A stretch of 64,000 bases of DNA from Squalus acanthias (taxonomy: Eukaryota): assembly GCA_030390025.1 (NCBI GenBank), contig CM059430.1, forward strand, positions 72,540,001-72,604,000. Direction: 5' to 3'. The notes beneath the pieces were generated by a model. That model worked only from the letters and a program-made list of their open reading frames with translations, was not told the DNA's origin and searched no databases. Shown here piece by piece: positions 26,170-39,800 of the stretch; the stretch's first letter is position 1, and each line of letters starts with the position of its first letter. A program made the position numbers and the translations under genes.

Positions 26170-27133
26170 TTTGGACTAGGGTGTACAGGGCACACTTTCA
26201 AAATTTGCAGATGACACAAAACTTGAAAGTGCAGTGAACAGTGAGGAGGATAGTGATAGACTTCAAGAGGACATAGACAGGCTGGTGAAATGGGCGGTCA
26301 CGGGACAGATTAAATTTAACGCAGAAAAGTGCGAATTGATACATTTTGGTAGGAAGAACGAGGATTGCCAATATAAACTAAAGGGTACAATTCTAAATGG
26401 GGTGCATGAACAGAGAGACCTGGGGGTATATGTGCACAAATCCTTGAGTGTGGCAGGGCAGGTTGAGATAGCGGTTAATAAAGCATACGGGATCCTGTGC
26501 TTCATAAATAGAGGCATAGAGTACAAAAGCAAGGAAGTTATGATGAGCATTTATAAAACACTGGTACGACCGCAACTCGAGCCTTGTGTCCAATTCTGGG
26601 TACCGCATTTTAAGAATGGTGTGAAGGCCTTAGAGAGGGTGCAGAAAAGATTAACAAGAATGGTTCCAGGGATGAGGGACTTCAGTTACGTGGATCGACT
26701 GGAGAAATTGGGGTTGTTCTCCTTAGAGCAGAGAAGGTTGAGAGGAGATTTGATAGAGGTATTCGGAAAAATAAGGGGTTTAGACAGAGTAGATAGAGAG
26801 AAACTGTTCCAATTGGCGAAAGGGTCGAGAACCAAAGGATACCGATTTAGGGTGATTGGCAGAAGAACCAAAGGTGACATGAGGAAAAAAATTGCTTTAC
26901 GCAGCGAGTGGTTAGGAACTGAAATGCACTGCCTGGAAGGCTGGTGGAGGCAGATTCAATCGTGGCTTTCAAAAGGGAATTGGATAAGTACCTGAAGGAG
27001 AAAAAATGCAGGGCTGCGGGGAAAGGGCGGGGGAGTGGGACTAGCTGAAGTGCTCTTGCTGAGAGCCGGCACGGGCTTGACGGGTCGTAAGGCCTCCTTC
27101 CGTGCTGTAACCATTCTCTGATTCTATGATTCT
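26170..27133 (+). mobile_element. CR1-clade LINE 3' fragment
   Basis: FADD start, ORF 26234-26995 (RT C-terminal region), tail ending ATTCTATGATTCT. Confidence 0.9.
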
Positions 27134-28311
27134 AAAAAGCTATTGGGTCAAAAAAACTGAATACAAATGATGAGCTTTAGTGATCAAGCGGTTAAAGGTG
27201 CAGTGCGGGACAGCTGTGACACTCCAGGGCCTCTAATAAAATTGCTCTCTTCATTGGATGGGTAACAGGAAGTATCATTCAGAATCTCCTGAGAGGCGGG
27301 ACCCCTGATCCCCTTCATGATCAGGGGGCTCTAACTGGAGTGTGCGGAGCCTGTAACTGGAGTGTGTGCAGCCTATAACTGGAGTGTGTGGAGTAGATGC
27401 CAGACTAAAGGACGACCCGACTCATCAGACTGAGTCGTTTTCCTCTTCAGTCCCCGTCACCTTCTTCCACACTGACGATGCAGCATTCACTAGAAATTCA
27501 CCTGACTTTACAAGGACAGTGTGTCGCTGACCTGCGCAAACGGGAACCTGTTTAACACAGTCCACGATTGCTCCCGGTAAGACCCCTTCACACACTTGGA
27601 GAATGGAGTGTTCTCGGTGCACTAGTCCCCAGGATGATGCTGTGACTGGGGCAAGACCCGGGTATTTTTCCCCAGGAGATGCGAGTGGTTTCTCTTTCCC
27701 CGCTGACGCGGCCAGTTTGACTCCAATGTTTGCGATGCTTCTCCAGCCCCTCACTGTATCTGAGCAGGGATTCCACTCCTGTCCTTGCTCTCAATATTAT
27801 TCTGCTGTCATTCGAGCCTCACATTCCTTCATTGCTGTTAATATTTTATAACATTAATGTTCTTGTTATTCGTCTGATGTGAGGATTTGTTAAAACAGTT
27901 TGTTCCTTATAGTGAAAATAAATGTGTCATTTGCCGTGTTTATTTAAACGTTTCTACAACAGGCAGCTAAATCTCGCGAGTCACAATCTTCAAAGGCCGG
28001 TCAATGGCTCCCAATGTCCAGGGCCCATGTTTAGAAATACCGCTTCAATGCCGGGCAAAACCTTTGCAATTTAGAGGCAGGCACATGACCATTGACGAAT
28101 GCCTCCAATACTCTGCATTCCTGACAGCCCACCGCCCCCCTCCCCCCAGGACCATATATTCCTGATATCAACCACTCTTTTATACAAAAAATATAGGAAC
28201 AGATATTACTCAGCCTCCAATAACGTGTAATTTACACTTTGTCAATGAAACTGTCTCGAGATCAAGGCGAACAATTGAAACTGACGCGAAACTGACCCTA
28301 TACATATTTGA

Positions 28312-28445
28312 TACAAAAGCAAAATACTGCGGATCCGGGAAATTTGACATTAAAACAGAAAATGCTGGAAATACTCAGCAGGTCAGGCAGCATCTGTGGA
28401 GAGAGAAACCAAGTTAACGTTTCAGGTCGATGACCCTTCGTCAGC
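28312..28445 (-). mobile_element. Penelope family 2 terminal fragment, truncated at the hammerhead core
   Basis: Matches 12835-12927; CTGACGA..GAAACGTT is retained but the 5' strand of stem I is lost. Confidence 0.75.
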
Positions 28446-28763
28446 CGGGGCAGGGCAATTGGCCGTGGAGTCCCTGGGGTAGGAAAGGGCAGCAATCCAT
28501 TTGATGACTATTTCCGGTGGGTTCTGAAACGGGGAGAACTTCACTCTAACCTACTGTCACATTGAAGTGTGTGATTATTATCAAATCGAATTAGTGCCCA
28601 GGACCGTGTGTTAGACAATTACAAATGGGCGCATGGCTACTTGTACTCAGGAAACTTAAAATATATTGGTTCCTCGTTATATCTAATGCAGAATGAACTT
28701 CTTCAAATCGACTTGCTACTTTACATTCCCATTCAGCACCGTCGTTACACTGATTCATTGACG

Positions 28764-28833
28764 TTAATTCGCTGCTTTCCTGGAGTCGGTGAGATCGGGA
28801 TCAGCTTCTGCCAGTCTGTCATCAAGTGTGTGA
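28764..28833 (-). other. Candidate last exon of gene B (now untranslated; ancestral cytoplasmic frame HTLDDRLAEADPDLTDSRKAAN*)
   Basis: Strong acceptor ctttctttttaacag|; phase matches the TM-exon donor; the paralog at 49616-49685 has the same frame length and stop. Confidence 0.5.
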
Positions 28834-29889
28834 CTGTTAAAAAGAAAGGAGTTTTCAGAATGACCCGGAAGCGGTCGGTGCTTAAAAAAATGAGCACCAA
28901 ATCCCAGATCAGAATCACCAGTCACTTTTAATTAATCTGCCAGCGAATCTCATAATGCTGCTTTCTGCATCAAGCCAGGGATATAAGAGAGATCAGGATT
29001 ATTGATGTTTGTTTTCCACCCTCATGTAATGCGACAATCTCCCAAAATTGACCAGGTTAAATGGGTCTGAATTTTACACAACAGGGTCAGACACAGGAAC
29101 CAGCTGCTATTAGGCTGGAAGTGGAGATAACGGAGCAAGTGTCCAGGAACACAGGAACAGACCTGTAGCTCAGCGCGGCGCGGCTGGGATCGAACAATTA
29201 CAGCGGAAGGTCCCAGGTTGCATTGCTGTTCTGTTGAGTTAGCTGATCCCAACCGGGTTAGTAGCAATTGGCTGTGGAGTCCCAGGGATAGTTAAGGACA
29301 GCGATCAGCCAACGTTCCTGCCAATGATTCTATCCACTGATATGCGCATGTGTCTGGACATGGATGAGCCCTACGTCCAATCACACGCAGACGCAGACAC
29401 AGACACACACGAATCGTCATGTGTCGCGCATTATTTATTCTGTTCATTGAATAAATTGAATTCTCCAGTAATGTCACAATTAGCTTATGGGCAGGTCAAA
29501 CAGAGTAAGGTGCCCGTCTGCCTCCTGCTATCTGTGCTCTGGGAAACTGCCAAGTTGTTTCATTATATGGAGAATATTAAACGACTAATACTTTCATCTC
29601 TGGAGATGCATTGCATCGGGACATTATTCAGAATCAGTCTACTAATTCCTCAGTAAGTGAGAAATGGATGTAGGTGAGTAACTGAGCGTGAAGTAAGTGT
29701 GAAATATTGAGCTGGGGGTGATTTAAACTATCGCTGGGAGATAAACAGGTGATAACGATTCGGCAGAAGTCAATACAAATGAAAATAGATCAATGTGTAA
29801 TCCAAAATATTGATTCGCTATCATCCGATTTTCACCCGCGGATAAAAAATAAAATTTTTCTCGACTGAGATAGGCGCTGTTGTTTAACG

Positions 29890-30530
29890 GTCAGTGAGGG
29901 ATGGGTGTGAGAGTCACGGTGAATGAGAGATGGGTGTGTGATTAACAGTGAGAGAGAGATGGGTATGTGATTAACAGTGAGAGAGAGATAGGTGTGTGAG
30001 TAAGAGTGAGAGAGAGATGGGTGTGTGATTAACAGTGAGTGAGAGATGGGTGTGTGATTAACGGTGAGTGAGAGATGGGTGTGCGAGTAACAGTGAATGA
30101 GAGAGGATTGTGTGAGTAACAGTGAGTGAGAGATGGGTGTGTGAATAAGAGAGAGTGAGAGATGGAATTGTGAGTACGAGGGAGTGAGAGACGGGAGTGT
30201 GAGTAACAGTGAGTGAGAGATGGGTGTGTGAGTAACAGTGAGTGAGAGATGGGTGTGTGAGTAACAGTGAGTGAGAGATGGGTGTGTGAGTAACAGGGAG
30301 TCAGAGATGGGTGTGTGAATAAGAGAGAGTGAGCGATGGGTGTGTGAGTAAGAGAGAGTGAGAGATGGGTGTGTAAAGTAACAGTGAGTGAGAGATGGCT
30401 GCTTGAGTACCAGTTGTGTGAGTAACGGGGAGTGAGCAATGTGTGTAGGAGCAATAGTGAGTGAGAGGTAGGTGTGTAAAGTAAACGTGCGTGAGAGATG
30501 CGAATGTTCGGTAACCACGGATGTGAGATG
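29890..30530. repeat. Degenerate ~28-30-bp minisatellite (GTGAGTGAGAGATGGGTGTGTGAGTAACA)
   Basis: Tandem units related to the array at 1-842. Confidence 0.9.
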
Positions 30531-30762
30531 GATGTGTCTATAACACTGAACGACACTTTCACACTGTGTAATATGATTTTCTTGCTGTGTATAATCATAT
30601 GGATAAGAAAGTGGAGAATTAATGAGTTTCAGCCAATGTCCAGGGAAACAATCCACCCAGATGTCAAAAGTCACAAAAGAAGAATTCTATCCTTTTGTTT
30701 CCTGCGAGTTATTGCTATAATTCTGTTGCGATTATCTGATCCAAGTAATGAACATCTTACCT

Positions 30763-30875
30763 TTAAATTGAGACTGTTTTCAAATGATCCACGATGAGGG
30801 TGGTCCCCACCAGAATCACCATTATCCCCAATAGTAAACGGCAGAGGTTAATGGTTTGGAATCCCTCTGTAGAAC
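30763..30875 (-). CDS. Gene B TM exon: (G)[36 protein letters not shown]
   Basis: Acceptor gcccagcag|; hydrophobic helix with Arg; stop lies 2 nt before the gtaaga donor. Confidence 0.85.
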
Positions 30876-33800
30876 CTGCTGGGCAGCAACGGAAGGGACA
30901 TTTAAGGGAGTGTAGTGAGAAACATCAGAAAAACAGAGAAGGAAAGAAACGGGACAGAGAGAGAGAGAGAGAGAGAGAGGGAGCGAGAAATAGATAGATA
31001 GAGAGAGAAACATAGAAACATAGAACATAGAAAAATAGAAGATAGGAGCAGGAGTAGGCCATACGTCCCCTCGAGCCTGTTCCACCATTTAATGAGATCA
31101 TGGCTGATCATCCAAATTCAGTACCCTGTCCCTGCTTTCTCCCCATATCCCTTGATCCCTTTAGCCTTAAGAAATATATCTAACTCCTTCTTGAATATAT
31201 TTAATGAATTGGCCTCAACTGCCTTCTGTGGTAGAGAATTCCAGAGGTTCACCACTCTCTGGGTGAAGAAATTCCTCCTTATCTCAGTCCTAAATGGCTT
31301 ACCCCTTATCCTTAGACTGTGACCTCTGGTTCTGGACTCCCCCGCCATCGGAAACATCCTTCCTGCATTTAGTCTGTCTAGTCCTTTTAGAATGTTTTAA
31401 GTTTCAATGAGATCCCCTCTCATTCTTCTAAACTCTAGCGAATATAAGCCTAAACAACCCAATCTCTCCTCATACGTCATTCCTGCCATCCCAGATATCA
31501 GTCTGGTGAATCTTCGCTGCACTCCTTCCATGGCAAGAACATCCTTCCTCAGATAAGGCGACCAAAACTGCACACAATACTCAAGGTGTGGTCTCACCAA
31601 GGCCCTGTACAACTGCAGCAAGACATCCTTGCTCCTGTACTCGAATCCTCTCGCTATGAAGGCCAACATACCATTTGCCTTCTTAACCGCCTGCTGCACC
31701 TGCATACTTACCTTCAGCGACTGGTGCACAAGGACACCCAGCTCTCGTTGCACTTCCCCTCTTCCCAATCTCTTGCCGTTCAGATAATAATCTGCCTTCC
31801 TGTTTTTGCCATCCAAGTGGATAACTTCGCATTTATCCACATTATATTGCATCTGCCGTGCATCTGCCCAATCACCCAACCTGTCCAAATTATACTGGAG
31901 TTTCTCTGCATCCTCCTCACAGCACACACGCCCAACCAGCTTTGTGTCGTCGGAAACTTGGAGATAATACATCTAGTTCCCTGGTCTAAATCATTAATAT
32001 ATATTGTGAATAGCTGGGGTCCTAGCACCGATCCCTGCGGTACCCCACTAGTCACTGCCTGTCACTCGGAAAAGGACCCGTTTATTCCAACTCTTTCCTT
32101 CCTGTCTGCCAACCAGTTCTCTATCCAAGTCAGTACCTTACCCCCAATCCCATGTGCTTTAACTTTGCACGCCAATCGCTTATGCGGGACGAAATAGATA
32201 GATAGAGACAGACAACCCGAGAGTGAGCGAGAGAAGACACATAAATAGAGAGAACGTTATAGAGACAGACAGACAGAAAGAGAGATAGAGGACAGATATA
32301 AAGACGTACATAGACAGAGAGAGAGGGACATAGACATAGCCGAAGAGCGAGAGAGAGAGACTGAGACAGAAAGAGAAACACACTCACACACACATAGAGA
32401 GAGAGAGCGAGATAAAGGGGAAGATCGAGAGCGAGACAACTGATGACAGAGAGTGTGTTGGATCCAAGGGCTGTGTGTTTTATGGTTCATTTCAGTTTAT
32501 TTACATGAACTTCAGTGAGCTTAGATCACAGGCAGATACGAAATATTAAAATTGAGATACATATAAACAATTTCAATGTCTGCAGCACGCTGACCTCTCG
32601 GGTCTTTCCACAGGCCCCTCATCCTCTCTGCAGATTCCACTGTCTGAAAGCGGGGTCAACAACTCCTCTCAGCTACATCACTCCACTGAAATCACTTCCT
32701 GTCTGCCTGCTGTCGATTCAGTCGGATTTGTTCCAATTGATGAAGTCTCTATGATTCGACTGAGTCCTTAATATTAGGACTGATTATCTCCACACCTGCT
32801 CCCTAGCACTGAACACTTGGACTTAGTGCTATAGTTACAATCTGGGTAGACTGTACACAGTGTAGGGTATTTTTTTATTTCGGACAGGAAGGGTGATCTT
32901 TGCTCCGAACGGAAAATTTGATTTATAGCATTTTTTTTGCATTTTGGAGTAGATTTTATTCATATTTTACATATTTTGCTTTCTTCATTACTTCATATTG
33001 TACCCCAGCGGGCTGGGCAGAATAGAAGTCGGATGCCAATCATATACCTTCTGAATACCTGTGAGCCAAATAACGTTCTTATTGATTGAAAATCATTTCA
33101 ACTTCTATCTTATTCTATCACTCGACACTTTTTGTTTCAACGTTACTGTTGGCGATTATATAACTAGGGGCAAATCCTTTATCTCAAGACGTTCCTTTGT
33201 TCCCTGTTTTAATGCAGCTGTTGAGCGGTTTATTATTAACAGGTTAACAGACCCACTAACTAGCAGCCAAACCCCGCAGAAAATCCTCCCAGGTTAGTGT
33301 TTTGGTGAAGTAGGGTTCTAGGCAGGAGATGATTCTACAAAGGGCAGATATTATTCAGTTCCCATCTGCAAGTCATAAATTCTTGTGTTTATTTTAATAT
33401 GACATAAATATTTGTTGATTCTTAGGGGCAGAATTAAAGTTGTTCACGCCATATCTCCAGGGGTTTTGCGGATCTTCCACCGAAATTAAGGCTAAATATG
33501 GGGAGAACCTCGTGAAAATTCCACCCATTATATGGGCCCAGAAATTGTGGTTGTACTTTGTAAAACTAACAGAAACTTTTGGCGCCCGCACATGTGCAGT
33601 TAAACGCGGAAATCCGGAACTTGTTGTCAGTGATACCCTGCCCCGCCACAGGGTGCGATGTGACAGTCTTCACAGATGCAAACAGCACATAATCATTGAT
33701 TTGACGTAAACTTGAACTTTTGACGCAATCTTCTCGTTGAAAAACTGATGAAAAATGTAAGCCTTGTTGAATGAAGTGTAATTGAGGTTTTAACGGCATA

Positions 33801-36800
33801 CTAAGTCATAATTAATGCTAAACAACCTCTCTGACCCTGTAAAGTTAATTAATAATTCTGTACTCTCATTCCCTCCATGCCATGATAAACATTTCATAGA
33901 TTTTCAAATATATTTTTAAGTTTGTTTACGATATTTCAGCTTCTGTTATGTGTATGTTCCAATATTTATTTTGCTCCCTGTAAAATGATTAAAAAGTAAT
34001 GATAATCAGTGCTTTTTACGTCCTGGTTTTGCTGTCTGTTTGAATGCGTCAATTTGATTGGCTGCTCAGCCTTCTTGAAGACTTCACTGTTCCTGGAAGC
34101 CACAGATGTTTTATAGATGTCACCATAATGAAATTGGCGATGTAATTGGTGACATCAACGTCACAGATCCCACTAAATCTTTTTGGCCTGCTTTCTTCGA
34201 GGTCAGCGGCGAGTGCCGTCCGGTCACTACGGACCACAACATCCGGGCATCTATTATTAGTCATAATCCCTTGGTGTTGTAGATAAGGGTGCAAAACTAA
34301 ATGTAGTCTTCGGATGAAATTCCAATAGAGGACGGGGTGGTAACTGAACTTAAGAGGGGGAAGACGGCAACCAAGGAGTCTGGAGAAACCCACAAAAGGA
34401 CGGCAGAGTGGCGAGGGGAAGGTAGAACTGGGATTGACTTCCGGGAAGAAGGATGGAGAGAACATAAGAACATAAGAAATAAGAGCAGGAGTAGGCCATA
34501 CGGCCACTCGAGCCTGCTCCGCCATTCAATAAGATCATGGCTGATCATCGACCTCAACTCCACTTTTCCGCCTGATCCCCATATCCCTTGATTCCCCTAG
34601 AGTCCAAAAATCAATTTATCTCAGCCTTGAATATACTCAATGGGTGGAAGATGTTGGATGGAGGAGAGAGGGTGAAGAGATGCAAAGGACGAGGAAAAGG
34701 AGTGTGGGGAGAGGAAGGAGTGGAGAACCAACTCGAGGGATAAACCTACTTGACCTTGTCTTCGCCAATCTACCTGTCACAGATGCATCTGCCCATGGCA
34801 GTATTGGTAGGAGTGATCATTGTAATGTCCTTGTGGAGACAATGTCCTGTCTGCACACTGAGGACACACGTGTTGTGTGTCACTACCAGCGTGCTAAACG
34901 GGATAGATTCAGACCAGATCTATCATCTCAAAACTGGGCATCCATGAGGCGTTGTGGGGCATCAGCAGTAGCAGAATTGTATTCCACCAGAATCTGTAAC
35001 CTCATGGCCCGACATATCCCTCACTCTATGATTACCATCAAGCCAGGGGATCAACCCTGGTTCAATGAGGAGTGTATAAGATCATGCCAGGACTAACACC
35101 AGGCATATCTTAAAATGAGGTGCCAAACTGGTGAAGCTGCAACACAGGACTATATGCATGCTAAACAGCGGAAACAGCATGCTATAGACTGAGCTAAGCG
35201 GTCCCACAAACAACGGTTCAAATCAAAGCTCTGTACTGCAGTTACAACCCGTCATGAATGGTGGAGGTCAATTAGACAGTTCATGGGAGTAGGAGGCTCC
35301 ATGAACATCCCCATCCTCAATGATGGCTGAGCCCAGCACGTGAGTGCAAAAAAAAATGAATCTTTTGCAAACATCTTTATCCAGAAGTGCCTAGTGGATG
35401 ATTCATCTCGGCCTACACCTGAGGTCACAACAATCACAGAAGCCAGTCTTCAGCCAATTCGATTCACTACATGTGACTTCCAGAAACCGCTGAGCGCACT
35501 GAATACAGAAAAGGCTATGGGAACAACATAATGTTTTAAAATTCGGTTATGGGATGTAGGCGTCACTGGCAACGCCAGTATTTATTGCCCATCCCTAATT
35601 GCCCTTGAAAAGGAGTTGCTGAGCCGCCTTCTTGAACCTTTGCAGTCCGTTTGGTGAAGGTACTCCCACAGTGCTGTTAGGGAGAGATTTCCAGGATTTT
35701 GAAACAGCGACGATGAAGGATCGGCGATATACTTCTAAGTCAGGATAGTGTGTGACTTGGAGCGGAGTTGGAGATGGTCGTGTTCCCATGCGCCTGCTAC
35801 CCTTCTCGTTCTAGGTGGAAGAGGTCGCGGGTTTGGGAGGTGCTGCCGAAGAAGCCTTGGGGAGTTGCTGCATTGCATCTTGCAGATGGTACATACTACA
35901 GCAAAGGTATGCCGGTGGTGGAGGGAGTGAATGTTTAAGGTGGAGGATGGGGTGCCAATCAAGCGGGCTGCTTTGTCCTGAATGGTGTCGAGCTTCTTGA
36001 GTGTTGTTGGAGCTGCACTCATCCAGGCCAGTGGAGAGTATTCCATCACACTCCTTACTTGTGCCTTGTAGATTTTGGAAAAGCTTTGGGGAGTCAGGAG
36101 GTGACACACTCGCCGCAAAATACCCAGCCTCTGACCTGCTCTTGTTTCCACAGTATTTATGTGGCTGGTCCAGTTAAGTTTCTGGTCAATGGTAACCCCC
36201 AGGATGTTGATGTTGCGGGATTCGGCGATGGTAACGCCGTTTAATGTCAAGGGGAAGTGGTTAGTCTCTCACTTGTTGGAGATAGTCATTGCCTGGCACT
36301 TGTGTGGCTTGAATGATAACTGCCACTTCTCAGCCCAAACCTGAACGTCGTGCAGGTCTTGTCGCATGCGGGCATGGACTGCTTCATTAACTTAGGAGTT
36401 GTGAATGGGACTGAACACTGTGCAATCATCACCGAACATCCCCATTTCTGACGTTATGTTGGAGGGAAGATCATTGATGAAGCAGCTGAAGATGTTTGGG
36501 CCTAGGAGACTGCCTTGAGGAACTCCTGGGCCTGTGATGATTGACCTTCAACAACCACAACCATTTTACTTTGTGCTAGGTATGACTCCAGCTAGTGGAG
36601 CGTTTAACCCCTGATTCCCATTGACTTCAGTTTTACTGGGGCTCCTTGATGCCACACTCGGTCAAGTGCTGCCTTGATGTCAAGGGCAGTCACTTTCACC
36701 TCACCTCTGGAATTCATCTCCTTTGTCCATGTTTGGACCAAGGCTGTAATGAGGTCGGGCCGAGTGGTCTTGGCGGAACCCAAACTGGGCATCAGTGAGC

Positions 36801-39800
36801 AGGTTATTGGTGAGTAAGTGCTGCAAGATAGCACTGTCGATGACACCTTCCATCACTTTGCTGATGATTGAGAGTAGACTAATGTGGCAGTAATGGGGCG
36901 GGAAGGCGCCGAACACCTCAAATCTCTTCGCTGGGAGCCAGCGGAAGCCAAACACAAGCAGCGCAAGGAGCGCACCTGAACTCAAGCACCCCACACACCC
37001 GGCCCTTCAACCACCATCTGCCCCACCTGTGAAGAGACTGTAGGTCCCGCATTGGACTCATAAGTCACGTGAGAACTCATTTTTAACGTGGAAGCAAGTC
37101 ATCCTCGGTTCCGAGGGACTGCCTAAGAAGAAGAATTGGCCGGATTGGATTTGTCCTGCTTTTTGTGGACAGTACTTACCTGGGCAGTTTTCGACATTGT
37201 CGGTTAGATGCCAGTGCTTTAGATGTACCGGAACATCTTGTATCCATAGTGTTTATGTGGCTGGTCTAGTTAAGATTCTGGTCAATGGTGACCCCCAGAA
37301 TGTTGATAGTGAGGGATTCGGCGATGGTAATGCCGTTAAATATCAAGAGGAGGTGGTTAGGCTCTGTCTTGTTGGAGATGGTCATTGCCTAGCACTTGTG
37401 TGGCGTGAAAGCAAGTTGCCACCTATCAGCCCAATCCTGATTGTCATCCAGGTCTTGTTGCATGCAGGTACGGACTGCTACATTACAGAACGAAACTAAA
37501 CACTGTGCATACATCAGCAAACATCCACACTTCCGATCTTATGATGGAGGGAAGGTCACTGATGAAACCTTCCCACCACCCACAAGGCACAAGTCAGCAG
37601 TGTGATGAAGTTAATTTTGACTTCGCATTATTGTGTTAAATGGGCAATATGGATTTTGCCGCCCATTATACATCTGTCCGGATTTTCATTTACAAAGTCA
37701 AAATCAAAAGCTGTTTGAGATTGCAATGAGCACAGTCACCCCATACACACTCACTGCATTGAGAATGTTCTTGTGCGGATTAGCGGTGACAGACGGTCCC
37801 TGACAGGATCATATCCATAACAAAGATGCAGTTCAGGTCAATACTGAGAATCTGGGCCTCTTTCCCCGACCACGGAAATGTAGTAAACAATTAGAAGGAT
37901 AGTAACAGACTTCAAGAGGATATAGATTGGTAAAATGGGCAGAAACGTGGCGGATGAAATTTAAGGCAGAGAAAAGTGAAATGATACATTTTGCTAGGAA
38001 GAATGAGGACAGGCAATATGAACTAAATGGTAGAATCTTAAAGTGGAGCCAGAACAGAAAAGCCTGGGGATATATATACACAAACATGTGTGGCAGGGAA
38101 AGTTGAGAAGGCTATTAAAAAAGCATATGGGACCCTTGGCTTTATTAATAGAGGAATAGTATACAAGGAAGTTATGCCAAACCTTTATAGAACACTGGTT
38201 ATGTCTCAGCTGGAAATTGTATTCAATTCTGGACACCACACTTTATGAAGAATGTTAAGGCCTTAGAGAGGATGCAGAAGAGATTTACTAGAATGGTACC
38301 AGGCTTCAGTTACGTGGAGAGACTGGAGAAGCTGGGGTTGTTATCCTTCCAGTAGCGATGGTTAAGAGGAGATTTGATGGAGGTGTTCAAAATCCTGAAC
38401 GGTTTTGATAGAGTAAATAAGGAGAAACTGTTTGCAGCGGCAGAAGGATCGGTAACCCGAGGACACAGATTTAAGGTGAATGGCAAAAGTACCAGAGGCG
38501 ACATGAAGAAAACATTTTTTACGCAGTGAGTTGTTGTGATCTGAATCGATAATAACATTCAAAAGAGAATTGCATAAATACTTGAAGGAAAATCATTTAC
38601 AGGGCTATGGGGAAAGTGCAGGTGAGTGGGACTAATTGGATCGCTCTAGTAAAGACTTACTGGTCCAATGGACCGAATAGCCTACTTCTGTGCTGTATGA
38701 TTCCTTGATATCCACCTCCTCCAGGAACTCGTCTGGCTTTTTTTAAACATTTGCAGCGAAAGCGCGCTCACTGCACAAGCCTTCGGCTTATTCCAAAGGT
38801 CAGTGGCATTCTGGGAAAGACAAATCAACTGACATCTAAACTAGTTCTGTGCTTACATGACATGTATTCATGTCCCCTCCTTCTCCCTAATTCACCGAAT
38901 TCAAATAATCTATCCACGTGTACACAGTCTAGCCCTTTCACCGCTCAATTAAATATCCCGAAGTCAACGCTTTTCTAATGTAGAAATACCCAGATCTTTG
39001 AACCTATCGTGCTAACTGAGGGTTTTTAAACAAGGCACCAGTCTAGTGGCTCTCCTCTGTTCCGTTTCCCAGTGCCTCTATACCTCTCACCATATGAGTG
39101 ATCAGAATTGGACACAGTGTTATAGATGAGGGTTGACAAAGTCAAGGATATTAGAGCACTATCTGTTTATAGTGGTTTGTTTTTGCTATACACCCCAATT
39201 CTGTATTGGTTTGGCTTTTACCTCTGGGCACTGGTCATGGACCTTTAGAGATTCATACACTATAACACCCCGGTCTCTTTCCTGCTCATCATAGTTTACT
39301 TCAGAACCCAGCCCACTATACACATGCTTGGCAATAGCCCTACCCACCTGTATTGCACTACGTATATCTACGTTAAATGTAATCTGCCACATGCAAGCAC
39401 ACTCCCCCATCGCATCTAGGTCAGAGTGTAATCTATTTTTTTTGCTGCACAACGGTTCTGACATCAGCGCAGATATTTGTACCAGCAGTGAACTTGCTGC
39501 GCCTTCATCCAGATCATTGATACAAATCGTGAAGTGTAACGGCCTTTACTTCGATCACGAATGGATCCAACTAGTAGGCGGCATCCACATTACCATTAAT
39601 GACAGCACTCTATCTATGACAATGTAACCAATTCACTACTGAAACCAAGATCTGCCCTCTAAACACACAGCGCTCTATCTTACATAGTGACATAATACCG
39701 GCCCATCGTCAAAAGCTTTTTTGGACACTGCAATGAGCACTCAGACTCACTCCATTGATAATGTTCTGGTGCAAGATTAGTGGAGACAGAAAGTCCGTGA

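Noticed and set aside
29832-30674. 280-aa and 189-aa His/Thr/Ser-rich ORFs
   Set aside because: Translations of the intronic minisatellite.
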